From an uncultured Lachnospiraceae bacterium (GTDB lineage: Bacteria > Bacillota > Clostridia > Lachnospirales > Lachnospiraceae), in NCBI GenBank assembly GCA_947589455.1, contig CANQCD010000001.1, forward strand, positions 1-56,332: a stretch of 56,332 nucleotides of DNA. Direction: 5' to 3'. Positions 1-10,659 of this stretch are shown piece by piece (positions within the stretch are counted from its first letter, which is position 1; each line of letters starts with the position of its first letter). Under the pieces are notes generated by a model, which searched no databases, was not told the DNA's origin, and was given only the letters and a program-made list of their open reading frames with translations. The position numbers were made by a program, and so were the translations under genes.

Positions 1-69
1 CAGCCATGGCAGAAAAAACAGGATGGAAAAGAACAGACAGAATTTGACCAGTCCTATTTTAAAGACTAG
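1..69 (+). CDS. Possible 3' end of a gene truncated by the window edge (...EQTEFDQSYFKD*)
   Basis: Frame 1 is open from base 1 to TAG at 67-69 and is followed by a terminator at 147-180; product not identifiable. Confidence 0.3.
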   Translation, partial: QPWQKKQDGKEQTEFDQSYFKD

Positions 70-146
70 CAGGATTTTTTGCAGAAATATCCAAAGTCCG
101 GGATTTGCCATGTCAATATAGCGGATGCGATCAGATACATGACAGG

Positions 147-180
147 AAAAAAGAACCAGTGGATGCCACTGGTTCTTTTT
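147..180. terminator. Bidirectional rho-independent terminator
   Basis: aaaaaagaaccagtgg-atg-ccactggttcttttt, a perfect stem with A and T tracts. Confidence 0.8.
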
Positions 181-266
181 ATGGGACAGGAAATTGCAAG
201 CCCTTCTAAAGAAGGGATTTGAAACAAAGCAGTGCACAAGGACAAAACGCGGGTTTTGCCCTTTTT
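181..266 (+). repeat. Dispersed terminator-associated repeat element, copy 1
   Basis: atgggacaggaaattgcaagcccttctaaagaagggatttgaaa... matches the copies at 14797, 14880, 32612 and 49568; ends in hairpin aaggacaaaac/gttttgcccttttt. Confidence 0.75.
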
Positions 267-337
267 CCTTCCGGGGATTTGACGCGGGGCGCCGCAAGGC
301 GATCTCCTTTGCATTTTTCATGACAGATAGCGTCAGT

Positions 338-3300
338 CTACATATTTTTGACTGCGGTAGACAGCATCAGCTTGATGCGGTTGAGCTGGTTGACTTCGCT
401 GGCTCCCGGGTCATAGTCGACTGCTACGATGTTTGTATTTTCATACTGCCGGCGGAGTTCTTTGATCACTCCCTTGCCGACAACGTGGTTTGGCAGACAG
501 CCAAATGGCTGTGCACAGACGATATTTGGCACGCCGGAGTGGATCAATTCGATCATTTCACCGGTTAAGAACCATCCCTCGCCTGTCTGGTTTCCACACG
601 AGACAATAGGAGAGGCATACTCCGCGAGTGTCTGGATTGGAACTGGCGGTTCAAATCGTTTACTTTCGGCAAGCGCTTCCTTTGCTACTTTCCGGTAATT
701 TTCCAGATAGCGGATCGCCAGATTATTGATCGCGGCGCTGCGTTTCTTTTTTCCAAGGTACTCCGCCTTAAAATTAGCATTGTACAGGGAATACATAAAA
801 AAGTCCAGCAGGTCGGGGCAGACGGCTTCTGCGCCTTCGCTCTCCAGCAGATCGACAAGGAAATTATTGGCAAGCGGAAGAAATTTTACAAGGATTTCTC
901 CAACAATGCCAACTTTTGGTTTTTTGATCTCCTTTAATGGCAGGTTGTCAAAGTCGCGTACAATTCCCCGGATATTTTTCTTAAAATCTTTTTTATTATT
1001 TTTCTTTATCGAGCGGATTACGGCTGCTTTCCATTTTTCGTGCAGGGCGTTTGCTGAGCCGGGCGTGGCTTCATAAGGGCGTGTCTTGTATAATACGCGC
1101 ATAAAGACGTCGCCGTAGATCAGAGCCTGCAGCGCCTTGCCAAGAAGCGCGGGCGTGATATGGAATCCCGGATTTTTCTCAATCCCGGCGCTCATGGAGA
1201 TAACTGGTATCTGCGACATACCTGCTTTTTCCAGTGCGCGGCGGATAAATCCGATATAGTTTGTCGCACGGCATCCGCCTCCCGTCTGTGTGATAATGAG
1301 CGCGACCCGGTCTAAGTCGTATTTGCCGGAGAGAAGCGCCTGCATAAACTGGCCGACAACCAGAAGAGACGGATAACATGCGTCGTTATTTACGTATTTT
1401 AAGCCGTAGTCAATACATTCTGCCGTGCTTGGCAGGATTTCCAGGCGATAGCCGCAGGAGGCCATGGCCGGTCCCAAAATATCAAAGTGGATCGGCGCCA
1501 TCTGCGGAACGAGGATGGTATAGTCTTTGCGCATCGGTTCTGTAAAGACAGCACGGTGATGCGCCGTGTCTGCTCTTTGCGGAAGGATGTTTTTGCGCTC
1601 CCGTTCCCTGACGGCCGCCAGCAGGGAGCGTATGCGGATACGCGCTGCTCCCAGATTATTTACCTCATCAATTTTGAGTACCGTGTAAATTTTATTCTGC
1701 TTTGTCAGGATATCGCTTACCTGATCTGTCGTAACTGCGTCAAGACCGCAGCCGAAAGAGTTTAGCTGCACCAGGTCGAGATCCTTTCTGGAGCTGACGA
1801 AGGATGCGGCCTGATACAGGCGGGAATGGTACATCCACTGATCCATTACGATCGTCGGGCGATCCACTTTCCCCAGTGCGGAAATACTGTCCTCTGTAAG
1901 TACGGCAACGCCAAAGGAATTGATCATTTCCGGAATGCCATGGTTGATTTCCGGATCGACATGGTATGGTCTGCCGGATAAAACAATGCCATGACAGTTA
2001 TGTTCTTCCATATAGCGCAGCACTTCCCTGCCTTTTTCAAGGATATCTTCCCGGACAGCCGCCGCTTCTTTCCATGCCGCCGCCGCCGCTTCCCTGATCT
2101 CTTTTTCCGGAATGCCGTTTTCTTTGGAGAAAAACTGGCATAGCCGTTTTGTCAGAATATGCTCGCTTTCAAAGGAAAGGAATGGATTCTGATAAACGAT
2201 CGAACCATTGCGCAGTTCCTCTACGTTATTTTTGATATTTTCCCCGTAGGAGGTCACGATCGGGCAGTTGTAATGGTTGCCGCTTCCCTGCACCTCCTTT
2301 TTTTCATAAGGGACACAGGGGTAAAAGATGTACGGAAGTCCCTGCCTGATCAGCCAGCCGATATGTCCATGGGCAAGTTTTGCCGGATAGCATTCTGATT
2401 CGCTGGGGATTGTCTCTATGCCCAGTTCATAAATCTTCCGGCTTGACTCTGGAGACAGGACAACCCGGTAGCCCAGTTTCGTAAAAAAGGTAAACCAGAA
2501 CGGGTAATTTTCATACATATTTAGCACTCGCGGGATGCCTACGCACCCGCGGGGGGCGTTTTTCTCCTCCAGCGGGACATAATGTGAAAACAGCCGTTTG
2601 TTCTTATATTCGAATAAATTTGGCACTTTTCTGGCGTTTTTTTCTTTGCCGATCCCACGCTCACAGCGGTTGCCTGAGATAAACTGCCTGCCTCCGGTAA
2701 AGCGGTTTACTGTCAGAAGACAATGGTTGGTGCAGCCTTTGCAGCGCGTCATGGAGGTATCAAAACGCAGGTCGTTTATCTGGTCGATTGTGAGCATAGT
2801 GCTTTTCTGGCCGGTATAGTGATCCCTGGCAATCAGCGCCGCGCCGAATGCCCCCATGATACCGGCGATATCCGGGCGCACGGCGGTACATCCGGATATC
2901 CTCTCAAAGCTTCTCAAAACCGCATCATTATAGAAGGTGCCGCCCTGTACAACGATCTTTTTGCCCAAATCTTTTGGGTCAGTCAGTTTGATCACCTTTA
3001 ACAGCGCATTTTTTATGACAGAATAGGCCAGGCCGGCAGAAATGTCAGCGACGCTGGCTCCCTCTTTTTGCGCCTGTTTTACTTTTGAGTTCATAAATAC
3101 GGTACAGCGGGAGCCTAAGTCAATCGGGTTTTCGGCATACAGCGCAACCTTTGCAAAGTCGGCGACGTCGTAGTTCAGGGATTTTGCAAAGGTTTCAATG
3201 AAAGAGCCGCAGCCGGAGGAACACGCCTCGTTGAGCTGCACCTTGTCAACTGACTGGTTCTTGATCTTGATGCATTTCATGTCCTGCCCGCCGATATCGA

Positions 3301-4555
3301 GGATGCAGTCAACCTCCGGTTCAAAGAAAGCGGCGGCATTGTAATGGGCGACAGTTTCTACTTCGCCCTCGTCTAACATCAGAGCCGCTTTGATCAGGGC
3401 TTCCCCATAGCCGGTAGAGCAGGAACGCACGATCTTTGCCCCTTCCGGCATTTTAGAATAGATTTCCTTGATCGCCTTTAGGGCTGTTTTTAGCGGGCTT
3501 GCGTTGTTGCTGTTATAAAAGGAATATAAAAGCGAACCGTCCTCGCCGATCAGTGCAACTTTTGTCGTCGTGGAACCCGCGTCGATCCCCAGGAATAAAT
3601 TCCCCTGATATGTCGCAAAATCCCCCTTTTTCACATCCTTTTTGGAGTGCTCTTCCAGAAAATCCTGATATTCTTTTTCGCTGGTAAACAGAGGCTCCAT
3701 CCGGTTTACTTCAAACTCCATATGGATCTGTTCTGACAGCAGCTCTGTCAGATTTCCCAGGGAAGTCTGACAGTCCTCTCTGGCATTCATTGCTGCGCCG
3801 GACGCTGCGAACAGGTGTGAGTGTTCCGGAGCGATGATCTGGCTGTCGGACAGATTTAAGGTTCGAATAAACGCCTGGCGAAGCTCTGTCAGGAAGTGGA
3901 GCGGGCCGCCCAGGAACGCTACATTGCCGCGGATTGGCTTGCCACAGGCAAGACCGCTGATCGTCTGGTTTACAACTGCCTGAAAGATAGAGGCAGATAA
4001 ATCCTCTTTGGTAGCCCCCTCGTTGATCAGGGGCTGGATATCGGATTTTGCAAACACGCCGCACCTTGCAGCGATTGGATAGATCGCCTCATAATTTTTG
4101 GCATATTCATTTAATCCAGCGGCGTCAGTTTTTAACAGAGACGCCATCTGGTCAATAAAGGAACCTGTACCGCCTGCACAGATCCCGTTCATTCTCTGAT
4201 CGATTCCGTCTGCAAAATAAATGATCTTGGCGTCTTCGCCGCCCAGCTCGATGGCAACGTCAGTCTGCGGCGCAAAGTCTTTTAAAGAAGTTGCGACGGC
4301 GACAACCTCCTGGACAAAAGGAATCTTTAAGTGTTTTGACAGGGTAAGGCCGCCGGAACCGGTAATGACCGGCGATACGGGCAGATCCCCTGATTTCTCA
4401 TAGGCGTCTTTTAACATAGACGCCAGCGTCTCCTGGATATTTGCGTAATGCCTCTGGTAGTCCGAAAAAATGATGTCTCCCTTTGTATTTAAAATTGCTA
4501 TCTTCACCGTAGTGGAACCGATGTCGATTCCCAGCGTATTGTAATTTGATTTCAT
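338..4555 (-). CDS. 2-hydroxyacyl-CoA dehydratase activator-related fusion (two BadF/BadG/BcrA/BcrD ASKHA ATPase domains + DUF2229/HgdAB-like C-terminus)
   Basis: Two GID(I/A)GSTT(V/T)K phosphate loops, [24 protein letters not shown] and [12 protein letters not shown] Fe-S cysteine motifs, [20 protein letters not shown]; start moved to MKSNY behind RBS GGAG. Confidence 0.9.
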   Translation of the reverse strand: MKSNYNTLGIDIGSTTVKIAILNTKGDIIFSDYQRHYANIQETLASMLKDAYEKSGDLPVSPVITGSGGLTLSKHLKIPFVQEVVAVATSLKDFAPQTDVAIELGGEDAKIIYFADGIDQRMNGICAGGTGSFIDQMASLLKTDAAGLNEYAKNYEAIYPIAARCGVFAKSDIQPLINEGATKEDLSASIFQAVVNQTISGLACGKPIRGNVAFLGGPLHFLTELRQAFIRTLNLSDSQIIAPEHSHLFAASGAAMNAREDCQTSLGNLTELLSEQIHMEFEVNRMEPLFTSEKEYQDFLEEHSKKDVKKGDFATYQGNLFLGIDAGSTTTKVALIGEDGSLLYSFYNSNNASPLKTALKAIKEIYSKMPEGAKIVRSCSTGYGEALIKAALMLDEGEVETVAHYNAAAFFEPEVDCILDIGGQDMKCIKIKNQSVDKVQLNEACSSGCGSFIETFAKSLNYDVADFAKVALYAENPIDLGSRCTVFMNSKVKQAQKEGASVADISAGLAYSVIKNALLKVIKLTDPKDLGKKIVVQGGTFYNDAVLRSFERISGCTAVRPDIAGIMGAFGAALIARDHYTGQKSTMLTIDQINDLRFDTSMTRCKGCTNHCLLTVNRFTGGRQFISGNRCERGIGKEKNARKVPNLFEYKNKRLFSHYVPLEEKNAPRGCVGIPRVLNMYENYPFWFTFFTKLGYRVVLSPESSRKIYELGIETIPSESECYPAKLAHGHIGWLIRQGLPYIFYPCVPYEKKEVQGSGNHYNCPIVTSYGENIKNNVEELRNGSIVYQNPFLSFESEHILTKRLCQFFSKENGIPEKEIREAAAAAWKEAAAVREDILEKGREVLRYMEEHNCHGIVLSGRPYHVDPEINHGIPEMINSFGVAVLTEDSISALGKVDRPTIVMDQWMYHSRLYQAASFVSSRKDLDLVQLNSFGCGLDAVTTDQVSDILTKQNKIYTVLKIDEVNNLGAARIRIRSLLAAVRERERKNILPQRADTAHHRAVFTEPMRKDYTILVPQMAPIHFDILGPAMASCGYRLEILPSTAECIDYGLKYVNNDACYPSLLVVGQFMQALLSGKYDLDRVALIITQTGGGCRATNYIGFIRRALEKAGMSQIPVISMSAGIEKNPGFHITPALLGKALQALIYGDVFMRVLYKTRPYEATPGSANALHEKWKAAVIRSIKKNNKKDFKKNIRGIVRDFDNLPLKEIKKPKVGIVGEILVKFLPLANNFLVDLLESEGAEAVCPDLLDFFMYSLYNANFKAEYLGKKKRSAAINNLAIRYLENYRKVAKEALAESKRFEPPVPIQTLAEYASPIVSCGNQTGEGWFLTGEMIELIHSGVPNIVCAQPFGCLPNHVVGKGVIKELRRQYENTNIVAVDYDPGASEVNQLNRIKLMLSTAVKNM

Positions 4556-4713
4556 AATAATCTCCATTTCTGAGCGGATCATATTCACTTTTGCAATTTG
4601 TGACGCTCCGGCACAAATAAACGGTTGAAAAAACGGCGCATCCGTGCGTTTTTTCAACCTGGAAACTCTAATCCTGTGTATTCGTTTTGTATGGCAAAAC
4701 ACTTTTTGCAGAT

Positions 4714-4742
4714 ATTATAAAATAACTTTTTAGGGAATGCAA
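4714..4742 (-). promoter_or_regulatory. SigA-type promoter of the activator gene
   Basis: TTGCAT-17-TATAAT on the minus strand. Confidence 0.7.
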
Positions 4743-4975
4743 GGGAGGAAGGCTATTTTGGCATGGGTAATTTCTGTCAAGGCGGCGGATGATAGCAAAC
4801 GGCAGGCAGGAACGGCGTTCGGCGTCCATGGAGCCGCCGTCCTGGCGCCGGCAACTCCTGGTAGCACTTCTTCGTTCCGTGAATATATTATAAGGAAAAG
4901 ACCAGGGCGGAAGCTAAGCCCTTTAAGGGGTTTGGGGAAGCCCGAACCGAAGGTAGAAAGGAAACTTGGGAAACA

Positions 4976-6022
4976 ATGAATTATGAATATTGTGACGGGA
5001 TGACGTATACGATAAAAAAGGGTGATTCTTTATACGAAATCAGCCGCAGACATAATGTTGCACTTGGGCTTTTGCTCCGTGCGAATCCTTTTGTGGATGT
5101 GTTTAACCTGCAAGTGGGCGATACAATTTGCATTCCTGGGAAACAGGCGCAGACGGCGACGCTGTTTCAGCCAGATCATATAAATGCAGAGACAGGTGAT
5201 ATGGGAGACCAGACGGGAATTGCAGAGAGTCTGAACAGCCAGACCGGAACGGCGCAGATGTATAGCAGGGCAGACAGCAGAACCGGAAGCGGCATAATGC
5301 CGGGAGGAAGCGGAAGCCAGACGGCGACCGGAGGGATGCCAGCGGGAAGCGGAAACCAGATGGCTGGAGAAATGCCGGGAGCGGACAGCAGCCGGATGGC
5401 AGCCGGAGGGATGCCAGCGGGAAACGGAAGCCAGATAGCTGGAGAAATGCCGGGAGCGGACAGCAGCCGGATGGCAGCCGGAGGGATGCCAGCGGGAAAC
5501 GGAAGTCAGATGACTGGAGAAATGCCGGGAGCGGACAGCAGCCGGATGGCAGCCGGAAGAATGTCGGGAGAAAGCGGAAACCAGATGGCTGGAGAAATGC
5601 CGGGAGCGGACAGCAGCCGGATGGCGACCGGTGGGATGCCAGAGGGAAGTGGAAGCCGGATGGCTGACAGAGAAATGTTAGGAACAGGCGGGAGCCAGAC
5701 GACAGTTTTAGAAAACAGGCAGACTGGAAGACCAGAGGCTGTGGATAGCGTTGAGAACCGGAGTGCGGCCGGCAGGGAGCAGATGGACGAGATGCTTGTC
5801 TGGTCAGAGCAGAAACCGAACAAGAAAAGAAACGAAAAGCCAGACAACGGCCACGATCAATGGATCCGGTATGTGGTGCAGGCGGGAGATACGCTTGGCG
5901 AGCTGCTTGGGAAAATGTGCGGGGAGGAAGAGGATTTCTGGGAGAAGAACCATGCAGACGGGATTTACCTGCTTCCAGGGGTCGCCTATTATATCAGGGC
6001 AGGAGAGGATCATAAGGATTAA
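4976..6022 (+). CDS. LysM-domain protein (SafA-like spore coat/peptidoglycan-binding) with a central repeat linker
   Basis: N-terminal YTIKKGDSLYEISRRHNV..LLRANP..NLQVGDTICIP LysM; second degenerate LysM YVVQAGDTL near the C-terminus. Confidence 0.8.
   Translation: MNYEYCDGMTYTIKKGDSLYEISRRHNVALGLLLRANPFVDVFNLQVGDTICIPGKQAQTATLFQPDHINAETGDMGDQTGIAESLNSQTGTAQMYSRADSRTGSGIMPGGSGSQTATGGMPAGSGNQMAGEMPGADSSRMAAGGMPAGNGSQIAGEMPGADSSRMAAGGMPAGNGSQMTGEMPGADSSRMAAGRMSGESGNQMAGEMPGADSSRMATGGMPEGSGSRMADREMLGTGGSQTTVLENRQTGRPEAVDSVENRSAAGREQMDEMLVWSEQKPNKKRNEKPDNGHDQWIRYVVQAGDTLGELLGKMCGEEEDFWEKNHADGIYLLPGVAYYIRAGEDHKD
5330..5660 (+). repeat. In-frame 75-bp tandem repeat (~4.5 copies, GGMPAGNGSQMAGEMPGADSSRMAA)
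   Basis: Direct reading of DNA and protein. Confidence 0.9.
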
Positions 6023-6100
6023 ATAGAGGGAGACAGCCCCAAAAGAAAGAAAGAGAGTTCTCTGCCATGATAAGATGGTCAGACAGCAGAAAAAGGGGTG

Positions 6101-6233
6101 AAAAAGGGCACCGCCTGCGCTGGTGCCCTTGCATACCACTACGTTTTGAGCAATTTCCTATTCCATGAAAAAGGACACCGCCTGCGCTGGTGCCTTTGCG
6201 CCCCGCTACGTTTTGAGCAAGTTCCTACTCCAT
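6101..6233 (-). repeat. Dispersed repeat element, two tandem copies (6101-6167, 6168-6233) lacking the central hairpin
   Basis: aaaaagg(g/a)caccgcctgcgctggtgcc(c/t)ttg...ctacgttttgagcaa(t/g)ttccta(t/c)tccat occurs twice; reverse complement of 14880-14964. Confidence 0.85.
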
Positions 6234-6253
6234 AAAAGAGGGCTTTATTTTGT

Positions 6254-6282
6254 TTGACAAAGAAAAGCCCTCTTACTATAAT
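6254..6282 (+). promoter_or_regulatory. Consensus SigA promoter embedded in an inverted repeat
   Basis: TTGACA-17-TATAAT; aagagggcttt...aaagccctctt brackets the -35. Confidence 0.85.
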
Positions 6283-6329
6283 GTGATTATATGCCATAAG
6301 GCAATCCACAGAAAGAGGGTACAAGCAAT

Positions 6330-7241
6330 ATGAATGGGTTTTTAAATAAGCTGGAACGCAGATTTGGGCGGTATGCTGTTCCGGATTTGATTAAATATGT
6401 AGTTGCGCTGTATTGTGCTGGAACAATATTGGGGCTCATTAATCCGGGGATTTATAACGCATATCTGTCGTTAAACTTCAATGCGATTTTCCACGGACAG
6501 ATCTGGCGTCTCTTTACATTTCTTTTGGAGCCTGGCGCCGATCCTGGCGGGAGCATATTGATCAACATCATATTCTTTTTGATCAAGGTCAATCTGTTTT
6601 TCCTGTTTGGGCGTTCGCTGGAACAGGCGTGGGGGACGTTTCGCTTTAACATGTACTTTTTTTCGGGATATCTTCTCAATATATTGGCGGCGCTTTTAAT
6701 GTATTTATCCCCGCTGCATCTAAGCAGTTATTATGTTGGGTTTGAATATATTTACTGGGCGATGTTTTTGGCGTTTGCTGTGATCAACCCGGATATGCAG
6801 CTGCTGCTGTATTTTGTTATTCCAATCAAAGTAAAATGGCTGGCGATCTTGGACGTTGTCTATTTAGGGTATCAGATCATTTCGGATCTGCGCGCCGGGA
6901 TTCAGATTTTGCAGCTTGGCGGAGGCCTGCAGCTTGCCGCTTTCTATTTTGGTATGGCGGTGGCGATTGTTGTGTCGCTTCTGAATTTTTTTATTTACTT
7001 TTTTGCGACGAGGAATTATCGGCGTATCAGTCCGCAGCAGATACACCGGCGGCGGGAATTTAAGAGGCAGACGAGCCAGTTTCAGGGATATCCGGGTGGG
7101 GCAAGGCACCGCTGTGCCGTATGTGGGAGGACAGAATTGGATGATGACAGGCTGGAATTTAGATACTGTTCTAAATGTGACGGCAGTTATGAATATTGTT
7201 CCGATCATCTGTTTACCCATCAGCATGTCAAGAAATTTTAA
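6330..7241 (+). CDS. Multi-pass membrane protein (rhomboid-like fold) with a C-terminal zinc finger
   Basis: GQIWRLFTF rhomboid/derlin-like WR motif, several hydrophobic helices, C-terminal CAVC..CSKC..YC..H..H. Confidence 0.75.
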   Translation: MNGFLNKLERRFGRYAVPDLIKYVVALYCAGTILGLINPGIYNAYLSLNFNAIFHGQIWRLFTFLLEPGADPGGSILINIIFFLIKVNLFFLFGRSLEQAWGTFRFNMYFFSGYLLNILAALLMYLSPLHLSSYYVGFEYIYWAMFLAFAVINPDMQLLLYFVIPIKVKWLAILDVVYLGYQIISDLRAGIQILQLGGGLQLAAFYFGMAVAIVVSLLNFFIYFFATRNYRRISPQQIHRRREFKRQTSQFQGYPGGARHRCAVCGRTELDDDRLEFRYCSKCDGSYEYCSDHLFTHQHVKKF

Positions 7242-7342
7242 ATACAGTAAAAAGGGCAGTGTGCTTTCTGCGGGGGTCATCCTGTGCCGAGGGGCTGCTT
7301 TTTGGGAACAGAATGAAAAAACTTAAATGATGGAGGAGTGTT

Positions 7343-10300
7343 ATGTTGTACATTATATTGATTGCCGTAATTTCCAGTATGCTTTTATATCTGGCACAGG
7401 GATTTATCCATGAACATGTGAATACGGCATATGGAGAGACGAACGAGGTTCAGAAAAAAATAGTTTCCGGACAGGGGAAGAAGAGCCAGAAGAAAGCTGT
7501 CCGGCAGACGCTTGGAATGTCTGCGGAGGACGAGCAAAAAGTGGGGATGTCTTTTCTGGTGCTGTTTTTTGTGGCGGCCTTTCTTTTGCGGATTGTGGCG
7601 GCTGTGATCTACAAGGGGTATGAGGCGGATTTAAACTGCTTTATCGGCTGGAGCAGCATGATATATGAAAATGGGATTGGTGCGTTTTATAAATTGGATG
7701 CATTCACCGATTATCCGCCGGGATATATGTATGTGTTGTATGTGTTAGGCTTTTTGCGCTCCGTATTTCATATTGACAGTGCGTCTGTGGTTACAATCCT
7801 CCTGACAAAACTGCCTGCAATCCTGGCAGATATGGCTACTGGTTTCCTGGTTTTTAAGATTGCTTCTAAGAGGATTCGGGTGATAGGCGCAGCGCTGTTG
7901 TCCGGTATTTTCCTGCTCACGCCGTCCATTATCCTGGACAGCGCTATCTGGGCGCAGGTAGACAGTGTCTTTACGCTGTGCATTGTGCTCATGTGCTATC
8001 TGGTCACGGAAAAAAAGCTGATACCGGCTTATTTTGTCTTTGCGCTCGGCATTTTGATCAAGCCGCAGTCACTGATCTTTACGCCGGTCCTTATCTATGC
8101 GATCATCGATCAGGTATTTATCGAGGCGCGGAAAAATAATACGCCGGAGCGTTTTCGGACTCTCTTTTTTACCAATCTGATCTATGGGGTTTTGGCAATC
8201 GCGATGATTGGCGTGCTGATGCTCCCGTTTGGGTTCCATGATGCATTAAAACAGTATACCGAGACGCTTGGCTCGTATCCGAGCGCATCGGTCAATGCGT
8301 ATAATTTCTGGACAATGCTTGGGCAGAACTGGCAGCCGCAGACGAATCAGTTTTTGGGGATTACCTATCAGACATGGGGGACGTTCTTTATTGTGCTGAT
8401 CGTGATCACTTCGGCAGTCATTCATTTTAAAAGCAAGGAATACCAGTCAAAATATTATTTTGTTGCTGCTTTTATTGTTACGGCAATGTTTAGCCTGTCT
8501 GTCCGTATGCATGAAAGGTATGTCTATCCTGCCTTGGCGCTTCTGCTTCTGGCTTATGCGGTGCGCCCGAGAAAAAAGATTTTTTCGGCTTATCTGTTAG
8601 TCGGCGTGGTAAGCTTCTGCAATATGGCGTATTCTATGCTGTTTTACGATCCGTCGCACTTTGACAGGGAGGATTCGTTCCCAATCGGGGTCGGCGTGCT
8701 GTGCATGATCCTGCTTGCCTATCTGGTATATGTGTCTGTAGAGTGTTATATCAAATACCGGTCGGCCGCCGAGGAGTCAGAGCTGCTTGCCGAGGACGCC
8801 AAAATACCGGAATGGAGAAGAAAGCTGCAGTCCGATCATGTGATACATCCGACTGTTACGCTGGCAAAGATGGTTAAGATTGATTTTATCATTATGGGTG
8901 CGATCACCCTGATATATGCTATTGTGGCATTTTATAACCTGGGAAATCTCAAAGCGCCGCAGACAACGTATTCTTTTGTGGAGAATGGAGAGGCGGTCTT
9001 TGATTTTGGGCAGGAGGTAGAGATCAGGACAGTCTGGGATTATCTGGGGTACGAAAATAACCCGAAATACACTGTCGCCGCGACAAACGATATCAATGGG
9101 GGCTGGACGGAGGTTTATACTGACTCAAACCCATGGGACTCTGGCTCCGTTTTTTGCTGGAACAAGACAGACGCCACGATCAGGGGGCGCTATGTAAAGA
9201 TTGCGCCAAATTCGGCGACGTCAAAAGATAGTATGATTGAATTTGTATTCCAGGATGCGCAGGGAAATTCTCTGGTGCCGGTGAATGCAGACGATTATGC
9301 CACACTGTTCGATGAACAGGATCTGTTTGAGGGCAGGCAGAGCTGGAGCAACGGCACATATTTTGATGAGATTTACCATGCGAGGACAGCGTATGAGATG
9401 ATCCACCATCTGTACTGTTATGAGAATACGCATCCGCCGCTTGGCAAGATCCTGATTGCCATCGGCGTGCTGATCTTCGGCATGGTGCCGTTTGGCTGGA
9501 GATTTATGGGGACGCTGTTTGGCGTTTTGATGCTGCCGATATTTTATGTCTTTGCGAAAAAGCTGTTTCGCGAGACGTGGATTGCTTCCCTTACGACGAT
9601 TTTATTTGCCTTTGATTTTATGCATTTTACGCAGACAAGGATTGCGACGATCGATGTGTTTGTCACGCTGTTTATCATACTGGCATACTACTTTATGTAT
9701 TGCTATACGAAAAAGAATTTTTATGATTCGGCGTTTCGGAGTACGTTAATCCCGCTGGGGCTGTGCGGAATAGCGATGGGGCTTAGCTGGGCGAGCAAAT
9801 GGACGGGCATCTATGCTTCTGCAGGCCTGTGCGTCTTGTTTTTTATCAGCATGGGACAGCGATTCCGAGAATATATTTATGCAGTAAAGCACCGCGGAGG
9901 AAGCTCTGAAGGGATTTCGCATGATTCTATCGCGCAGAATTTCCATAAGCTTTTCTTTAAGACGATTGGCTTTTGCTGTATTTTCTTTGTGATTGTGCCG
10001 GCGCTGATCTATACGCTGTCTTATATCCCGTTTAATGACGGGACGATTGGCACTCCAGAGGAGCGCGGGGTAGTTGGGAGGATGTTGGAAAACCAGAAGA
10101 CAATGTATAATTACCACAGTAATCTGGATGCGACCCATCCGTATTCTTCTACATGGTATGAGTGGCCAATCATGAAACGCCCGATCTGGTATTTTTCCGG
10201 AGAGATCACGCCGCAGCTACGGGAGGGCATCAGTGCATTTGGCAATCCGGCGGTCTGGTGGGTTGGGATCCCGGCATTTCTGTTCGTGCTGTTCCTGATA

Positions 10301-10624
10301 GCAAAGAAGAGGGACGAAGACGCCGGTTATCTTGCGATTGGCTATCTGTCGCAGTATCTGCCGTGGGTGTTTATCGGCAGGGTAGTGTTTATCTACCACT
10401 ATTTCCCGAGCGTGCCGTTTGTCGCGATGATGATTGGGTATTGCATAAAGCGGATCGTGGATTGGAAACCAAAGATCAAACCGGTATTTTATGTCTATAC
10501 GGGAATTGCCGTGGTGCTGTTTATCATGTTTTATCCGGTTATCAGCGGCAAGGCGGTCAATCCAGATTATGTCAAGCATTATCTGAAATGGTTTGAATCC
10601 TGGGTACTGCTCCAAACCTGGTAA
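7343..10624 (+). CDS. Two-domain lipid-carrier-dependent glycosyltransferase: GT-C (GT87/ALG6-like) + beta-rich extracellular module + dolichyl-phosphate-mannose protein mannosyltransferase (PMT/GT39)
   Basis: N-half DYPPGYMY, DSAIWAQVDS, KPQ, NAYNFW, MHERY; C-half FDEIYHARTA, HPPLGK, TRIATID, SKWTG, HPYSS, FIYHYFP. Confidence 0.88.
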   Translation: MLYIILIAVISSMLLYLAQGFIHEHVNTAYGETNEVQKKIVSGQGKKSQKKAVRQTLGMSAEDEQKVGMSFLVLFFVAAFLLRIVAAVIYKGYEADLNCFIGWSSMIYENGIGAFYKLDAFTDYPPGYMYVLYVLGFLRSVFHIDSASVVTILLTKLPAILADMATGFLVFKIASKRIRVIGAALLSGIFLLTPSIILDSAIWAQVDSVFTLCIVLMCYLVTEKKLIPAYFVFALGILIKPQSLIFTPVLIYAIIDQVFIEARKNNTPERFRTLFFTNLIYGVLAIAMIGVLMLPFGFHDALKQYTETLGSYPSASVNAYNFWTMLGQNWQPQTNQFLGITYQTWGTFFIVLIVITSAVIHFKSKEYQSKYYFVAAFIVTAMFSLSVRMHERYVYPALALLLLAYAVRPRKKIFSAYLLVGVVSFCNMAYSMLFYDPSHFDREDSFPIGVGVLCMILLAYLVYVSVECYIKYRSAAEESELLAEDAKIPEWRRKLQSDHVIHPTVTLAKMVKIDFIIMGAITLIYAIVAFYNLGNLKAPQTTYSFVENGEAVFDFGQEVEIRTVWDYLGYENNPKYTVAATNDINGGWTEVYTDSNPWDSGSVFCWNKTDATIRGRYVKIAPNSATSKDSMIEFVFQDAQGNSLVPVNADDYATLFDEQDLFEGRQSWSNGTYFDEIYHARTAYEMIHHLYCYENTHPPLGKILIAIGVLIFGMVPFGWRFMGTLFGVLMLPIFYVFAKKLFRETWIASLTTILFAFDFMHFTQTRIATIDVFVTLFIILAYYFMYCYTKKNFYDSAFRSTLIPLGLCGIAMGLSWASKWTGIYASAGLCVLFFISMGQRFREYIYAVKHRGGSSEGISHDSIAQNFHKLFFKTIGFCCIFFVIVPALIYTLSYIPFNDGTIGTPEERGVVGRMLENQKTMYNYHSNLDATHPYSSTWYEWPIMKRPIWYFSGEITPQLREGISAFGNPAVWWVGIPAFLFVLFLIAKKRDEDAGYLAIGYLSQYLPWVFIGRVVFIYHYFPSVPFVAMMIGYCIKRIVDWKPKIKPVFYVYTGIAVVLFIMFYPVISGKAVNPDYVKHYLKWFESWVLLQTW

Positions 10625-10659
10625 GAGACGGCGGCTGAAAAAAGAGAGGAAAAGTAAGG

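Noticed and set aside
194-4403. Numerous antisense and alternate-frame ORFs in the track (here and throughout the window)
   Set aside because: Shadow ORFs of well-supported genes, lacking RBS and recognisable motifs
4737-4979. Possible riboswitch or ORF upstream of the LysM gene
   Set aside because: GC-rich hairpins are present, but I could not match c-di-GMP, c-di-AMP or SAM consensus motifs; the ORF has no support
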